This document shows, one piece after another, positions 1 to 8,653 of a stretch of DNA of 64,000 bases. This DNA comes from a candidate division WOR-3 bacterium. Lineage in GTDB: Bacteria; Hydrothermota; Tepidihabitantia; Tepidihabitantales; Tepidihabitantaceae. Location: positions 1 through 64,000 of the forward strand of contig CBFGKH010000008.1 in the NCBI GenBank assembly GCA_965649295.1. Reading direction: 5' to 3'. The notes beneath the pieces were generated by a model. The model had not been told where the DNA came from, made no database searches, and saw only the letters and a program-made list of their open reading frames with translations. Made by a program: the position numbers and the translations under genes. Every line of letters begins with the position of its first letter. The first letter of the stretch is position 1.

Positions 1-1
1 G

Positions 2-2695
2 AGGAGTGAGAATGCACTACCGACAGACAGTTCTCTGGCAGAAGGCGATGCAGGCGGCGCAAGAGGTTTACCGCCTGGCACCCCGGATACCCAGGGAAGA
101 GACGTACGGCATGAGGTCGCAGATTACGCGCGCATCGGTATCGATTCCGGCGAACATTGCCGAGGGCTGGACGCGCGAGACGAACAGAGACAAGGCGCAG
201 TTCCTGGCAATCGCTCAGGGCTCGCTCGCGGAGGTGGAGACACTGCTGACGCTTTGCGAGAGCTTCGGATGGTTCCCACCGGAAGAGACGGGACACCTGC
301 GCAACCTGCTGGACGAGGTAAGTCGGATGCTGACGTCAATGCGTCGGAAGCGTCGCAACACCTGACCTCCCACTCCTCGCTCCTCTTCGCTCGCTCCTTC
401 CGCGGAGCGCAGGGGCTTGCCGAAGATGTGCGCCACTATGGCGAGTGGATGCGCAATGAAGCCGAAAAGCGAATCGGTCATCTCTACCCAAAGGTTAAGG
501 TCACGGCCGAAATGGCCAAAGACCGGCCTGATCTGAAGCAATATGTTGGCAAGGAACTCACAGTCATCGCCTGGCTCTGGGCGCGCACGGTCAAAAGCCC
601 TAATCCTGCTTTCAGGAACGTAGACGTGCCGCTGGTCTCCAACTTCATGCTCTCGAAAAAGCGAGGCAAAGAAGCCTACGTCGAGCCGGTGATAGAAGGC
701 AACGGCTACCGCTTCACCGTAAAGACAGGCAAGCCCAAAGACGCCAAAGCGGCGAAAAACGGGACCAAACTCGCCCGCGGCGCCAACTTCCGCTGCATCA
801 TGTCAGGCGCAACAATCCCCGGTGACTACATCAAGAAAGAGGGCAGGTCTGGCCGCATGGGAGCGCGGCTGATGGCAATCGTCGCGGAAGGCAAACGTGG
901 GCGGGTGTACCTTTCGCCCACGCCCGAGCACGAGGCCATGGCAGGCAGTGCTCAGCCGACGTGGCGACCTGAGCAACCTCTGCACGGCAAGGCTCGCGAC
1001 CAAATGCCGCTATACGGCATGGAGACTTTCGCCGACCTCTTCACCCCCCGCCAGCTTGTTGCCCTGACGACTTTTTCGGACCTGGTGCAAGAGGCACGCG
1101 AGCGGGTGAAGCGTGACGCAGTCGCCGCCGGGTTGCCGGACGACGGCATCCCATTGCGCGACGGCGGAACCGGAGCAACCGCCTACGCCGAGGCGATCGC
1201 GGTGTATCTGGCGTTTGCCATCGACCGGATGGCTGACTTCAATTGTAGCCTAAGCAGTTGGAAGCCCAGCGGTCAACAGCAGATGCATCTGTTCGGGAGG
1301 CAGGCCGTTCCGATGGTCTGGGACTATGCAGAGGCGAATGTTTTCTCCGATAGGGCAATTTGCTGGCATAATGCAGTCGAGATGACAGCCAGCTCGCTTG
1401 AAGTCACGGCTGTCGGGGAGCCAACCACGACATCTGTTCGACAACTCGACGCGGCTGCATCCCTTCCTGTTGCAGGTCCACTGCTCTTGAGCACCGACCC
1501 GCCCTACTACAACAACATCGGCTATGCCGACCTCTCGGACTTCTTCTATGTCTGGCTGCGCCGCTCGTTGCAGCTGGTGTTTCCCGACCTGTTCGCTACA
1601 GTCGCGGTACCCAAAGCAGAGGAACTGGTCGCCACACCATATCGCACCGGCGGCGATGCTAAAAAGGCCAGAGACAACTTCGAGGATGGATTCCGACGGG
1701 CATTCACCCTGTTCCGGCAGAATCTCGACCCGCGGTTTCCTATGACTGTGTACTACGCTTACAAGCAGTCTGAGGAGGATGACGAGGATGGTGCTCGGTC
1801 GTCATCTGGCTGGGAAACAATGCTGGAATCATTGGTGTCCACCGGCTTCGAGGTAACTGCTACCTGGCCGGTCCGGGCGGCGCAGAAGTGGCGAATGGTC
1901 AGCATGGGAACGAATGCGCTCGTTTCTTACGTAGTAATGGCGTGCCGTATCCGTCCTGACGATGCGCCAATTGCTACACGGAAGGAGTTTGTCTCCCAGT
2001 TGAGAAAGGAACTGCCCGATGCCCTGGCTAAGCTGCAGCAGGGGAACATTGCGCCGGTGGACTTTGCGCAGGCGGCAATCGGGCCGGGAATGGCGGTCTT
2101 CTCGCGGTTCGCTAAGGTAATCGAGGCTGACGGCTCGCCAATGACCGTGCGCGTCGCGCTCCAGATTATCAATCAGGAGCTTGATGCCTATCTTGCCGAG
2201 CAGGAGGGCGAGCTGGATAGGGAAACGCGGTTCTGTGTAGCGTGGTTTGGCCAGCACGGAACAGACGAAGGCGAGTTCGGCCAGGCCGATGTGCTGGCCC
2301 GGGCGATGAATACCGCGGTGAACGGCTTGGCCGAGGCCGGCGTCCTTATCGCCAGGGCAGGCAAGGTGCGGCTGCTCGGACGCGATGAGTTGCCCGAGGA
2401 CTGGGACCCGGTGAAGGATAAGCGCCTGACCGTCTGGGAATGCACCCAGCAGTTGATTCGCGCGCTGGAGCAGGGCGGCGAGCAGGCCGCGGCCGCGCTG
2501 GTGAAGAAGCTCGGCACGGGCAAGAGCGAGGAGGCGCGGGCGTTGTCTTACCGGCTGTATTCTATCTGCGAGCGGAAGCAGTGGGCCAAGGAGGCGTTGG
2601 CATACAACGGCCTTGTCATTGCCTGGCCCGAAATACTGAAGCTGGCCGAGTCGAGCAGGCCGGCCGAGACCGGCAAGCTGTTCGGAGAGGAGTAA
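2..2695 (+). CDS. DUF1156-family adenine-specific DNA methylase, 5'-partial; frame is open from position 2
   Basis: GAQGLAEDV..YG.WMR..AEKRIGHLYP block, TVIAWLWARTV, catalytic TDPPYY, C-terminal GNIAPVD..QAAIGPGMA. No stop codon in this frame between 2 and the ORF-finder start at 254. Confidence 0.88.
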   Translation, partial: RSENALPTDSSLAEGDAGGARGLPPGTPDTQGRDVRHEVADYARIGIDSGEHCRGLDARDEQRQGAVPGNRSGLARGGGDTADALRELRMVPTGRDGTPAQPAGRGKSDADVNASEASQHLTSHSSLLFARSFRGAQGLAEDVRHYGEWMRNEAEKRIGHLYPKVKVTAEMAKDRPDLKQYVGKELTVIAWLWARTVKSPNPAFRNVDVPLVSNFMLSKKRGKEAYVEPVIEGNGYRFTVKTGKPKDAKAAKNGTKLARGANFRCIMSGATIPGDYIKKEGRSGRMGARLMAIVAEGKRGRVYLSPTPEHEAMAGSAQPTWRPEQPLHGKARDQMPLYGMETFADLFTPRQLVALTTFSDLVQEARERVKRDAVAAGLPDDGIPLRDGGTGATAYAEAIAVYLAFAIDRMADFNCSLSSWKPSGQQQMHLFGRQAVPMVWDYAEANVFSDRAICWHNAVEMTASSLEVTAVGEPTTTSVRQLDAAASLPVAGPLLLSTDPPYYNNIGYADLSDFFYVWLRRSLQLVFPDLFATVAVPKAEELVATPYRTGGDAKKARDNFEDGFRRAFTLFRQNLDPRFPMTVYYAYKQSEEDDEDGARSSSGWETMLESLVSTGFEVTATWPVRAAQKWRMVSMGTNALVSYVVMACRIRPDDAPIATRKEFVSQLRKELPDALAKLQQGNIAPVDFAQAAIGPGMAVFSRFAKVIEADGSPMTVRVALQIINQELDAYLAEQEGELDRETRFCVAWFGQHGTDEGEFGQADVLARAMNTAVNGLAEAGVLIARAGKVRLLGRDELPEDWDPVKDKRLTVWECTQQLIRALEQGGEQAAAALVKKLGTGKSEEARALSYRLYSICERKQWAKEALAYNGLVIAWPEILKLAESSRPAETGKLFGEE
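12..365 (+). CDS. Four helix bundle protein (23S rRNA intervening-sequence protein family), nested in the methylase frame
   Basis: Motifs LWQKAM, P.EETYG..SQI.RA.VSIPANIAEG, F..IAQGSLAEVET; GAGGAG RBS at 1-6 before ATG 12. Confidence 0.9.
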   Translation: MHYRQTVLWQKAMQAAQEVYRLAPRIPREETYGMRSQITRASVSIPANIAEGWTRETNRDKAQFLAIAQGSLAEVETLLTLCESFGWFPPEETGHLRNLLDEVSRMLTSMRRKRRNT

Positions 2696-2698
2696 CCT

Positions 2699-5600
2699 GT
2701 GGCTTTGAGCAATCAGCAGCGGGTCGGCGCGGCATTAGACCTGCTTGTCGCCGGTCTGGCGCCTTTTGTTGAGCGGGAGATGAAGGCAGTGCTGGGCGAG
2801 TCGTGGGTCGAGTTCGCAAAGGACTCCCTGCACGAGGACCAGTATCCGAAAAAGGGCAGGGGCGTGAAGTGGGACGCTCAGGCTCTGTTGACGGTGATGT
2901 GGGACAAATGGAACGAGGTGTTCAAGCGGGTGCTCGGCCATTCTGAGCGTTCGCTGGTGAGTGAGCTGCGCGAGGTGAGAACCAAGTGGGCGCACCAGGA
3001 AGCATTCTCTTACGACGACACCTATCGCGCCCTCGACAGCATCGCCCGGCTCCTGCAGGCAGTCTCAGCCGAGCAGGCAGCCGAGGTGGAAAAGCAGCGT
3101 GACGAGGTGCTGCGGGTCAAGTTCGACGAACAGCGCCGTAGCGTGTCGCGGCGGATGGAACCCGGGATTGGGGGCACGCCGCTGGCTGGCTTGAAGCCGT
3201 GGTGCAACGTGGTTACACCGCATCCGGATGTTGCCTCAGGCAACTACCTCAAGGCCGAGTTTGCGGCCGACCTCTGGCAAGTCTATCAGGGGGGGGCGTC
3301 GGCCGAGTATCAGGACCCGGCCGAGTTCTTCCGCCGGACGTTCCTGACTCAGGGCCTGACCGGGCTGCTCCTGCCCGCGGTCAGGCGGCTGAGCGGCGGC
3401 ACCGGGATTCCGGTTGTCCGGCTCAAGACCAACTTCGGCGGCGGCAAGACCCACTCCCTGCTGGCCCTTTACCACCTGTTCTCCGGCGTGGCCGCGTCCG
3501 AGTTACCCGGAATCGACGCAGTCCTGAGCGAAGCAGGACTGACCCTGCCGAAAAACGTGAAGCGGGCGGTCATCGTCGGCACCAAGATTGCTCCGGGCAC
3601 CGAACACAAGAAACCGGACGGGACCATCGTCCGCACGCTCTGGGGCGAGATTGCCTGGCAACTGGGCGGCAAGGAGGGGTACAAGCTCGTCGCTGACTCA
3701 GACAAGACCGCGACCAATCCCGGCGATGCCCTGCACAAGCTCTTTGCCAAGTACGCGCCCTGCCTCATCCTGATTGACGAATGGATTGCCTATGCCCGGC
3801 AGTTGCACGACAATGCCGACCTGCCCGCTGGTACGTTTGACGTGCAGTTTACCTTTGCCCAGGCATTGAGCGAAGCAGCCAAGGTCGTGGACAAGACAAT
3901 GCTGGTGGTCAGCGTGCCTGCCTCAGACAACGAAATCGGCGGGGACCAGGGACGCCGGGCACTCGACAGCCTGCAACACGCCCTGCAGCGCGTCGAAGAG
4001 CCGTGGCATCCTGCCAGTCAGGTAGAGGGGTTCGAGATTGTCCGGCGCCGATTGTTCCAGCCAATTACCGGCCGGGAGCAGACCGCAATGCGCGATGCAG
4101 TGGCCCGCGCCTTTTCCGAGATGTACCAGGCCCAGCCTCAGGAGTTCCCGTCGAACTGCCGCGAGGCAGCCTATGAGCGGGACATGATCGCGGCCTATCC
4201 GATTCACCCGGAGTTGTTCCACCGGCTGTACAACGACTGGTCCACGCTCGACCGGTTCCAGTGCACCCGCGGCGTGCTACGCCTGATGGCCTCAGTTATC
4301 CACACGCTCTGGGAAAGGCAGGATCCGAACCTGTTGATAATGCCGGCCAATGTGCCGATTGACGACCCGGTCGTGAAATCGGAGCTGACCCGCTATCTGG
4401 AACAACAGTGGGACGCGGTTATCGACAACGACGTTGACGGCACACACTCGCAACCGCTGGCCCTCGACCAGGAGAACCCGAACCTCGGCCGCTACTCAGC
4501 CTGCCGCCGTGTCGCTCGTACTATTTTCCTCGGCACCGCACCGCTGTCCCAGGCCCCGACTAGGGGCATCGACGACCGGCGTATCAGGCTCGGCTGCGTC
4601 CAGCCGGGCGAGAGCCCCGCAATCTTCGGCGACGCGCTCCGGCGTCTGACCGACCGGGCAACATATCTCTACGTTGACGGCAACCGTTACTGGTACTCGC
4701 TGCAGCCGACTGTTGCGCGTCTGGCCGAGGACCGGGCCGGGCAGCAGAAGCCCGAGGACATACATGCCGAAATCGAGAAACTGCTCAAGGCTGACGCACG
4801 TCAGCTTGGTGACTTTGTGAGCGTGCACGCCTGCGTATCAAGCGCTGACGTGCCCGATGAAGAAGGCGCGCGCCTCGTCATCCTCGGCCCGGCGTACACG
4901 CATTCGGCGAAGGCCGAAGACAGCCCGGCTCGTATCGAGGTCGCTGCCATCCTGGACAAACGTGGCAACAGCCCGCGCGAATACAAGAACACGCTCGTCT
5001 TCCTCGCGCCGGACGCGGTCAAGCTCAGGGACCTTGAGACAGCAGTCAGACAGGTCCTGGCATGGGAGTCGATCAGTCGTGACCGCGAGGAGCTCAACCT
5101 CGACCAGTTCCAGTTGCGCCAGGTCGAAACCAAACTCGAGCGTACCCGGGAAACGGTCAAGGTTCGGTTGCCGGAGACTTACCAATGGCTGCTCGTGCCA
5201 ACCCAGCACGACCCCAAGGACAAAGTCGAATGGCAAGAGTTACGACTGCAGGCACAGGACTCTCTTGCGCCGCGGGCGTCGAAGCGGCTGATTCGGGATG
5301 AAGCCCTGTTGACCCAGATGGGCGGCTCGCGTTTGCGCGTCGAGCTCGACCGAATCCCACTGTGGAGAGGGAACCACGTGGCAGTTCGTCAGTTGGCCGA
5401 GGACTTCGCCAAGTACTTGTATCTGCCGCGCCTGCGCGATTCCAAGGTCTTAGTCGAGGCCATCGCTGATGGCGTGGCGCAGCTATCTTGGCAAAGTGAC
5501 ACTTTTGCCTACGCGCAGGCCTGGGACGAGAAGACGAAACGCTATCTCGGACTAACCGCCGGCACGCGTTGCCGTGTGTTGTTGAATGACAGTAGTGTCG

Positions 5601-5980
5601 TGGTCAAGCCGGAAATCGCCAAGGCACAGTTGGACGAGGACGCCCGGAAGCGTGGAGAGACGCCCATCCCCGCGACCGGCGAAGGTCTGGCGCCAGATGA
5701 AACCGGGGCCAGGGGCGAATCAAAGCCAGCCGAGGTAAAAGCGAAGCAAAGGCGGTTCCACGCCACGGTGAGCCTTGACGCAAACAGGATGGCCCGAGAC
5801 GCTGGCCAGATTGCCCAGGAAGTGCTACAGCACATCACCACGCTGCCTGGTGCCGATGTAACGGTGACCCTCGAAATCAGCGCCACCGTACCTGACGGCG
5901 TCCCCGACAAGACTATCCGCATCGTCACTGAGAACTGCCGCGCCCTGAAGTTCGGCACATTCGATTTCGAGGAGGAGTGA
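2699..5980 (+). CDS. Swt1-like HEPN plus DUF499 AAA+ ATPase (restriction-like defence system component)
   Basis: N-terminal RTKWAH (RxxxxH), EFAADL, Walker A TNFGGGKTH, Walker B LILIDE, YPIHPEL; adjacent to DUF1156 gene. Confidence 0.88.
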   Translation: MALSNQQRVGAALDLLVAGLAPFVEREMKAVLGESWVEFAKDSLHEDQYPKKGRGVKWDAQALLTVMWDKWNEVFKRVLGHSERSLVSELREVRTKWAHQEAFSYDDTYRALDSIARLLQAVSAEQAAEVEKQRDEVLRVKFDEQRRSVSRRMEPGIGGTPLAGLKPWCNVVTPHPDVASGNYLKAEFAADLWQVYQGGASAEYQDPAEFFRRTFLTQGLTGLLLPAVRRLSGGTGIPVVRLKTNFGGGKTHSLLALYHLFSGVAASELPGIDAVLSEAGLTLPKNVKRAVIVGTKIAPGTEHKKPDGTIVRTLWGEIAWQLGGKEGYKLVADSDKTATNPGDALHKLFAKYAPCLILIDEWIAYARQLHDNADLPAGTFDVQFTFAQALSEAAKVVDKTMLVVSVPASDNEIGGDQGRRALDSLQHALQRVEEPWHPASQVEGFEIVRRRLFQPITGREQTAMRDAVARAFSEMYQAQPQEFPSNCREAAYERDMIAAYPIHPELFHRLYNDWSTLDRFQCTRGVLRLMASVIHTLWERQDPNLLIMPANVPIDDPVVKSELTRYLEQQWDAVIDNDVDGTHSQPLALDQENPNLGRYSACRRVARTIFLGTAPLSQAPTRGIDDRRIRLGCVQPGESPAIFGDALRRLTDRATYLYVDGNRYWYSLQPTVARLAEDRAGQQKPEDIHAEIEKLLKADARQLGDFVSVHACVSSADVPDEEGARLVILGPAYTHSAKAEDSPARIEVAAILDKRGNSPREYKNTLVFLAPDAVKLRDLETAVRQVLAWESISRDREELNLDQFQLRQVETKLERTRETVKVRLPETYQWLLVPTQHDPKDKVEWQELRLQAQDSLAPRASKRLIRDEALLTQMGGSRLRVELDRIPLWRGNHVAVRQLAEDFAKYLYLPRLRDSKVLVEAIADGVAQLSWQSDTFAYAQAWDEKTKRYLGLTAGTRCRVLLNDSSVVVKPEIAKAQLDEDARKRGETPIPATGEGLAPDETGARGESKPAEVKAKQRRFHATVSLDANRMARDAGQIAQEVLQHITTLPGADVTVTLEISATVPDGVPDKTIRIVTENCRALKFGTFDFEEE

Positions 5981-6526
5981 TTCGCCCGGCGGCCATAGTC
6001 CGGTGAAGCTGTAGCCCACCGCCCAAGAATCTAGCCGAAGCCAAACAGGCGCTAGAACTAAGCTAGTAGCATTTCTACTATCCTAAACTCTTGGCTGCCG
6101 CGGCGATTGTCGGTGATTGGAAGTAGGGCACTATTGGTGTGGCGGGTGAAGACAGAATCGAGCCACTGCAAGTGGGCAAGTGACGACCAAGTAGAGAGTT
6201 ATCGAGATAGCGCCGGAAATCGGCCAGTTCTCGCCAGCAGTTCGGAAACCCGTATTATATAACCATACAAGGGGCAGCGGTCTGACCGAAGGTGGGCCGT
6301 CTTTTGTGACTGGTGTTCCGTAGTAACAACCTTGAAAGGGAGGTGACTGTGAATTGCACCAACGCGCAGGCTGTCGGCAAGACAAACCCTTTCCCCAAGC
6401 GAGCAGACGAGGCATATGGCGGTCAAGCAATAAGAAGAGTAGTTCAGTGTTTCGCCGGTCAGATGATTGGGCATTTGTATCCTGGCCCTTCTGGCATCGA
6501 AGGGCTGTTTTGGCGAGGAGGCGGAT

Positions 6527-7138
6527 ATGCGGGCGCAGGGCAGTAAGGACAGTGAAGAAAGTAGAGAACTGAGTTCCGCAGCAGTGAATGAGGCAGTGAA
6601 ACGGGTGCTGGCCGGCGATGTTGAGGCGTATTCGGTGGTCTATCTGGCGACTGATGGCCGGTTGCGGGCGTTTGTGCGCTCGCGGTTCTGGGCCTATGGT
6701 CCGGAGTTTGCCGAGGAGGTGGCGGTGCGAACCCATGAGCGGGCCCTGGCACGGTTGGTCGAGTTTGATGCCAGCCGTTCGTCGTTTCCAACCTGGCTTT
6801 GCTGGCAGGCCCGCAATGTGGCCGGTCAGGTGCGCCGGGAGTGGTTTGACCCGCGGCTGGTGTCAAGCGATGAAGAGTCCGAGCGGGCCGTCGCTTCGGT
6901 GCCGGGCCCAGAGGAGTTGCACGATTCGGCCGAGCGTGGCCGCCTGCTTGCGGAGGAGTACCGCCGACTGGAGCAGAAAGGCCGGCTGAGTATTGCGCTA
7001 CACGATATCGAAGGGCTTTCGTTCACCGCGGCGGCCAAGCGGGCTGGGATGTCACGCTGGCGGCTGTCGCGGCTGCGCGAGAGGGCCCTGGCCCTGTTGC
7101 GAAAAAGACTGCGCCGAATTGGCATCAACGGTGTATAA
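6527..7138 (+). CDS. Divergent ECF-type sigma-70 factor
   Basis: AGDVEAY, FDASRSSFPTWL (region 2) and IEGLSF..AA...GMS (region 4 HTH); GAGGAG RBS before ATG 6527. Confidence 0.72.
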   Translation: MRAQGSKDSEESRELSSAAVNEAVKRVLAGDVEAYSVVYLATDGRLRAFVRSRFWAYGPEFAEEVAVRTHERALARLVEFDASRSSFPTWLCWQARNVAGQVRREWFDPRLVSSDEESERAVASVPGPEELHDSAERGRLLAEEYRRLEQKGRLSIALHDIEGLSFTAAAKRAGMSRWRLSRLRERALALLRKRLRRIGINGV

Positions 7139-7225
7139 CGAGGTGAAGGGAGCCTGATTGGTCGGCTCCCGGTGTTAGCAAGGGTTCGGATGGTGCGGGA
7201 TACCCGCACATAACAAGGGGGTGCT

Positions 7226-7597
7226 ATGAGCAATCCGACGAAGCGCATCGCCCGCTGGAATGCGAAGTACAACACCGAGCGGGTGAAGGAGACGCTCGAT
7301 TCTCTCCGACCGGATATGCTCCAGTCGGTGGTGGCGACGTTTCCGCAACTGGCCGACATGGAGACGCAGGTGAAGCAGGTGCTGGACGGGCTGGGACTGC
7401 CAACGGTGAACTATCCGTTCTACCTGGCGTATGGCCGCGAGCTGTTCCGGCTGACGCGCCAGGGCATCTCGGGTGAGTCGGTGGCAATCGAGGCTCAGGT
7501 GCTGCTCGAAAAATGGGTGGCACGCGGACTGGTACGGTCGGCGCTGGAGAAAATCCGCAAGGATGTCTTCAACATCACCGCTCCCATCACGCCGTAA
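7226..7597 (+). CDS. Small alpha-helical protein resembling the SIRV2-type archaeal virus major capsid protein
   Basis: AAGGGGG RBS; basic N-terminus KRIARWNAKYN, VKQVLDGLG, YLAYG, SG in the order recalled for the rudivirus coat protein; followed by a terminator. The CDS is well supported, the homology call is by eye. Confidence 0.65.
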   Translation: MSNPTKRIARWNAKYNTERVKETLDSLRPDMLQSVVATFPQLADMETQVKQVLDGLGLPTVNYPFYLAYGRELFRLTRQGISGESVAIEAQVLLEKWVARGLVRSALEKIRKDVFNITAPITP

Positions 7598-7614
7598 CGC
7601 GACGAGCTGGTCTA

Positions 7615-7652
7615 GGGGCCGGAGGCGGAGAGTTCCGCCTCCGGCTCTTTTT
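7615..7652 (+). terminator. Rho-independent terminator
   Basis: GGGGCCGGAGGCGGA-gagt-TCCGCCTCCGGCTCT followed by a T run. Confidence 0.88.
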
Positions 7653-7657
7653 CGTCG

Positions 7658-8653
7658 CTATTCGGCGCTAGCAGCAACCTCGGTCCAGACGCGCAGGAAG
7701 TTGCCACCAGCGATGCCGGCAATTGCCGCTTCCGGGTAGCCAAGCTTGCCGAGGGCCCTAAGCAGGTCTGGCAGTCTTGTACAGTCTTCAAGACCGTTGA
7801 GGTTGCCGCTGTAGCCGTCGAAGTCAGAGCCAATCGCCACATGGTCGGGGCCGATGAGTTGGACGATGTGGTCAATGTGGCGAACGACGTCGCTAATGTC
7901 GGCCCGCGCGCCCTCGGCCGGCCCGAGAAAGGCCGGCACAAAGACCGCACCGACGACCCCGCGATTGGCAGCAAGGTGGCGAAGCTGTTCGTCGCTGAGG
8001 TTACGGCGCGATTGGGGCTGGTGGATTGCTGCTGCGCCCGAGTGAGAGGCAATGACCGGCTTGGTGGTGGCGGCGAGAATGTCAAAGAAGGCCTTTTCTG
8101 AACAGTGCGAGACGTCAACGATAATGCCGAGCCGGTTCATCCGCCGTACTGCTTCCCGGCCCAAGGCCGAGAGGCCGTTGTGGGGCTGGTGCTGGTCCCA
8201 GCCGCCGTCAGCCAGCTCGTTGGAGTTGCACCAGGTAACAGTAAGGATGCGGACGCCAAGGGAGTAGAGGCGGTCAAGATAGGCCGGCTCACCGCCAAGC
8301 GCATGACCGCCTTCGACCGCAGCAATGGCCGCAACCTGGCCAAGAGAGATGTCAGCCGGCCCCAGCCCGCGCCGCAGCCCAGCCCCCGGGTCAGCACAAA
8401 GCTCGGCGAGCGCACCGAGGTGACGCTCGACATAACCGCGCCGCTCGGCCGGGCCTATTTGGGGGTCAACCCAGACCGCAAAGACCTGACCGTTAACCCC
8501 GGCCTGCCGCAGCCGCGGCAGGTCAACATGGCCGGTGCTACTGCGCTGGCGCAGGTCGCGTTCGCCGCTAACATGGGCCAGCAGCGAGTCACAATGGAGG
8601 TCAACTAGCAGGGGACACTTCACGTTCTGGTTTGGCGTTCTGCCGCCAGCCAC
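7658..8653 (-). CDS. Membrane dipeptidase (peptidase M19)
   Basis: VDLHCD, VEGG, VDVSH, IASHS, RNLSDE, IGSDFDG. Confidence 0.92.
   Translation of the reverse strand: MAGGRTPNQNVKCPLLVDLHCDSLLAHVSGERDLRQRSSTGHVDLPRLRQAGVNGQVFAVWVDPQIGPAERRGYVERHLGALAELCADPGAGLRRGLGPADISLGQVAAIAAVEGGHALGGEPAYLDRLYSLGVRILTVTWCNSNELADGGWDQHQPHNGLSALGREAVRRMNRLGIIVDVSHCSEKAFFDILAATTKPVIASHSGAAAIHQPQSRRNLSDEQLRHLAANRGVVGAVFVPAFLGPAEGARADISDVVRHIDHIVQLIGPDHVAIGSDFDGYSGNLNGLEDCTRLPDLLRALGKLGYPEAAIAGIAGGNFLRVWTEVAASAE

Noticed and set aside
12..365. Four-helix bundle as the Avd of a diversity-generating retroelement
   Set aside because: No RT or TR/VR is visible, and the motifs fit the IVS-protein family.
5981..6130. 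AT-richer patch with a short TAGTAG/CTACTA hairpin as a possible island boundary or att site
   Set aside because: No tRNA, integrase or matching repeat in the window; too weak to call.
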